Made by a program: the position numbers and the translations under genes
NCBI GenBank assembly: GCA_965219385.1
Contig: CBDCNM010000001.1
Coordinates: 980,631 to 1,044,630 of the forward strand
Direction of reading: 5' to 3'
Length of the DNA: 64,000 bases
Source: Candidatus Latescibacterota bacterium
Lineage (GTDB): Bacteria > Latescibacterota > UBA2968 > UBA8231
The notes under the pieces: generated by a model
The model's input: only the letters and a program-made list of their open reading frames with translations
Told to the model about the DNA's origin: nothing
Databases searched by the model: none
Part shown: piece after piece, positions 62,785 through 64,000 of the stretch
Position numbering within the stretch: position 1 is the stretch's first letter
Layout of the letters: every line of letters starts with the position of its first letter

Positions 62785-63162
62785 ATGGCAAGCTTCCTCC
62801 ACACCCGCATTCGCGTCAGCGATCTGGACCGATCTATTGACTGGTACTGTAAGCATCTGGGTTTTTCTCTGATCAACCGGTCGGATAAATCCCCGGCCGG
62901 CAATCACATCGCCAACCTCGAACTTCCCGGCAATGAACATACCTTCGAACTCACCTGGTCGGCGGACTACGAACTCAAGGTCCCGGAGGACCTCATGCAT
63001 ATTGCCATTGGGGTGCCCGATCTTATCGCTTTCTGTGACCGGCTTGAAAAAGACGGTATCGAAATCTGGCCTGAGGACTGGAGAGAGACCTTTGTCTCGG
63101 GAAGAAAAATGGCCTTCATCGATGATCCTGATGGCTATGAAGTAGAATTGTTAGAGAGGTAA
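62785..63162 (+). CDS. VOC/glyoxalase I family protein
   Basis: FLHTRIRVSDL, ELTW, HIAIG, DPDGYEVEL. Confidence 0.88.
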   Translation: MASFLHTRIRVSDLDRSIDWYCKHLGFSLINRSDKSPAGNHIANLELPGNEHTFELTWSADYELKVPEDLMHIAIGVPDLIAFCDRLEKDGIEIWPEDWRETFVSGRKMAFIDDPDGYEVELLER

Positions 63163-63191
63163 TCCGTCCCTTCCGGGGCATCTCTTCTTTG

Positions 63192-64000
63192 TCAAACCGC
63201 ATCCGCGTAGATTCCGGTTTCACCCTCGGTTTTGCCGATGATCACCGCACCACAGGTATCGCTAAACACGTTGACCGAGGTCCTGCACATATCGAGAATA
63301 CGATCTGTTACCCAGATGAGACCTACCGCCTCTAGGGGCAGGCCCACCACCCCGAGTATAATGGTGATGGCGACCAGACTGGAAGCTGGGATTCCCGCAA
63401 CTCCTATGGACGTCAGCAAGGCCAGAAGCACCACGGTAAGCTGGGTGGCAAAACCCATCTCAAAACCTTGAAGCACGCCGTAGATCTGTCCAATAAAGAC
63501 CACTACCACGCATTCGTACAGAGCCGTACCATCCATATTCACAGTAGCTCCAAGAGGCAGGGTAAAGCTGGTCGTGCGACCCGAAACGCCGGCGTCTCTC
63601 TCAACGGTCTCCATGGTCACCGGCAGGGTCGCCGCCGAGGAGGCGGTTGAGAATGCCGTAAGCAGCACCGGGGACATAGCTCTGTAGTGCTGGGCCGGAT
63701 TGACGCGACCGATAAGTTTGAGCAACAAGCCCAGGGTTATGAAAAAATGGATGGCCAGGGCTAACAGCACCGTGAGGAAAAACAGGAGCAATGGTTTGAA
63801 GGCGCCAAATCCCGTCCGGATGATAATGGGCGCAACCAGCCCAAAAACACCAATGGGCGCAAACTTGATAATCAGATCGGTTATCTTCATCATAACGCTC
63901 TGGGTCCCTTCCCAGAACTTCCTTTGTGACTCGCGGAGAGACTCGGGAAGCCGGCTGATGAAGAAGCCAAAGAGGAGGCTGAAGGTAATCAGGCCGAGCA
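63192..64000 (-). CDS. Dicarboxylate/amino acid:cation symporter (5' partial)
   Basis: FSTASSAATLP, GATVNMDG, DRILDMCRT. Confidence 0.92.
   Translation of the reverse strand, partial: LGLITFSLLFGFFISRLPESLRESQRKFWEGTQSVMMKITDLIIKFAPIGVFGLVAPIIIRTGFGAFKPLLLFFLTVLLALAIHFFITLGLLLKLIGRVNPAQHYRAMSPVLLTAFSTASSAATLPVTMETVERDAGVSGRTTSFTLPLGATVNMDGTALYECVVVVFIGQIYGVLQGFEMGFATQLTVVLLALLTSIGVAGIPASSLVAITIILGVVGLPLEAVGLIWVTDRILDMCRTSVNVFSDTCGAVIIGKTEGETGIYADAV

Noticed and set aside
1..64000. CRISPR array or prophage
   Set aside because: No regularly spaced repeat-spacer array, cas genes or phage structural genes seen; the repeats are dispersed MITEs.

Overview
This is a 64-kb chromosomal segment of a diderm bacterium. 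A Latescibacterota/FCB-like lineage is a guess from gene content and was not verified. Most genes are housekeeping genes on the minus strand: mutL, hprK, rsgA, two prs paralogues, apt, thrC, ychF, valS, hemL, gmd, gcvT/P, coaE, hflKC, clpX, trxA, holA, rph and smpB. asnS, murQ, clpP and tRNA-Leu(CAG) are on the plus strand. The most striking non-annotated signal is a family of four 28-bp dif-like sites (11-6-11 layout) at 1064, 2447, 12124 and 22261. Their orientation flips across a lone Xer-type tyrosine recombinase, which has a fifth, more symmetric site just upstream of it. Gene strand and apparent GC skew also appear to switch here, suggesting a replication terminus with a multi-site Xer system. 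Other notable items: an ORF-less group II intron splitting an M16 peptidase gene exactly in frame; a 144-bp IS200/IS605-type MITE adding 48 codons in frame to the same gene; a plant-type threonine synthase plus cystathionine gamma-synthase pair; a Cyc2-like monoheme cytochrome-porin; a satellite BMC locus; an AI-2E transporter with an inserted Ig-like domain; three IS elements; and two further MITE types. Several genes carry frameshifts or in-frame TAG codons that may be assembly errors. All calls come from reading the sequence; no searches were run.
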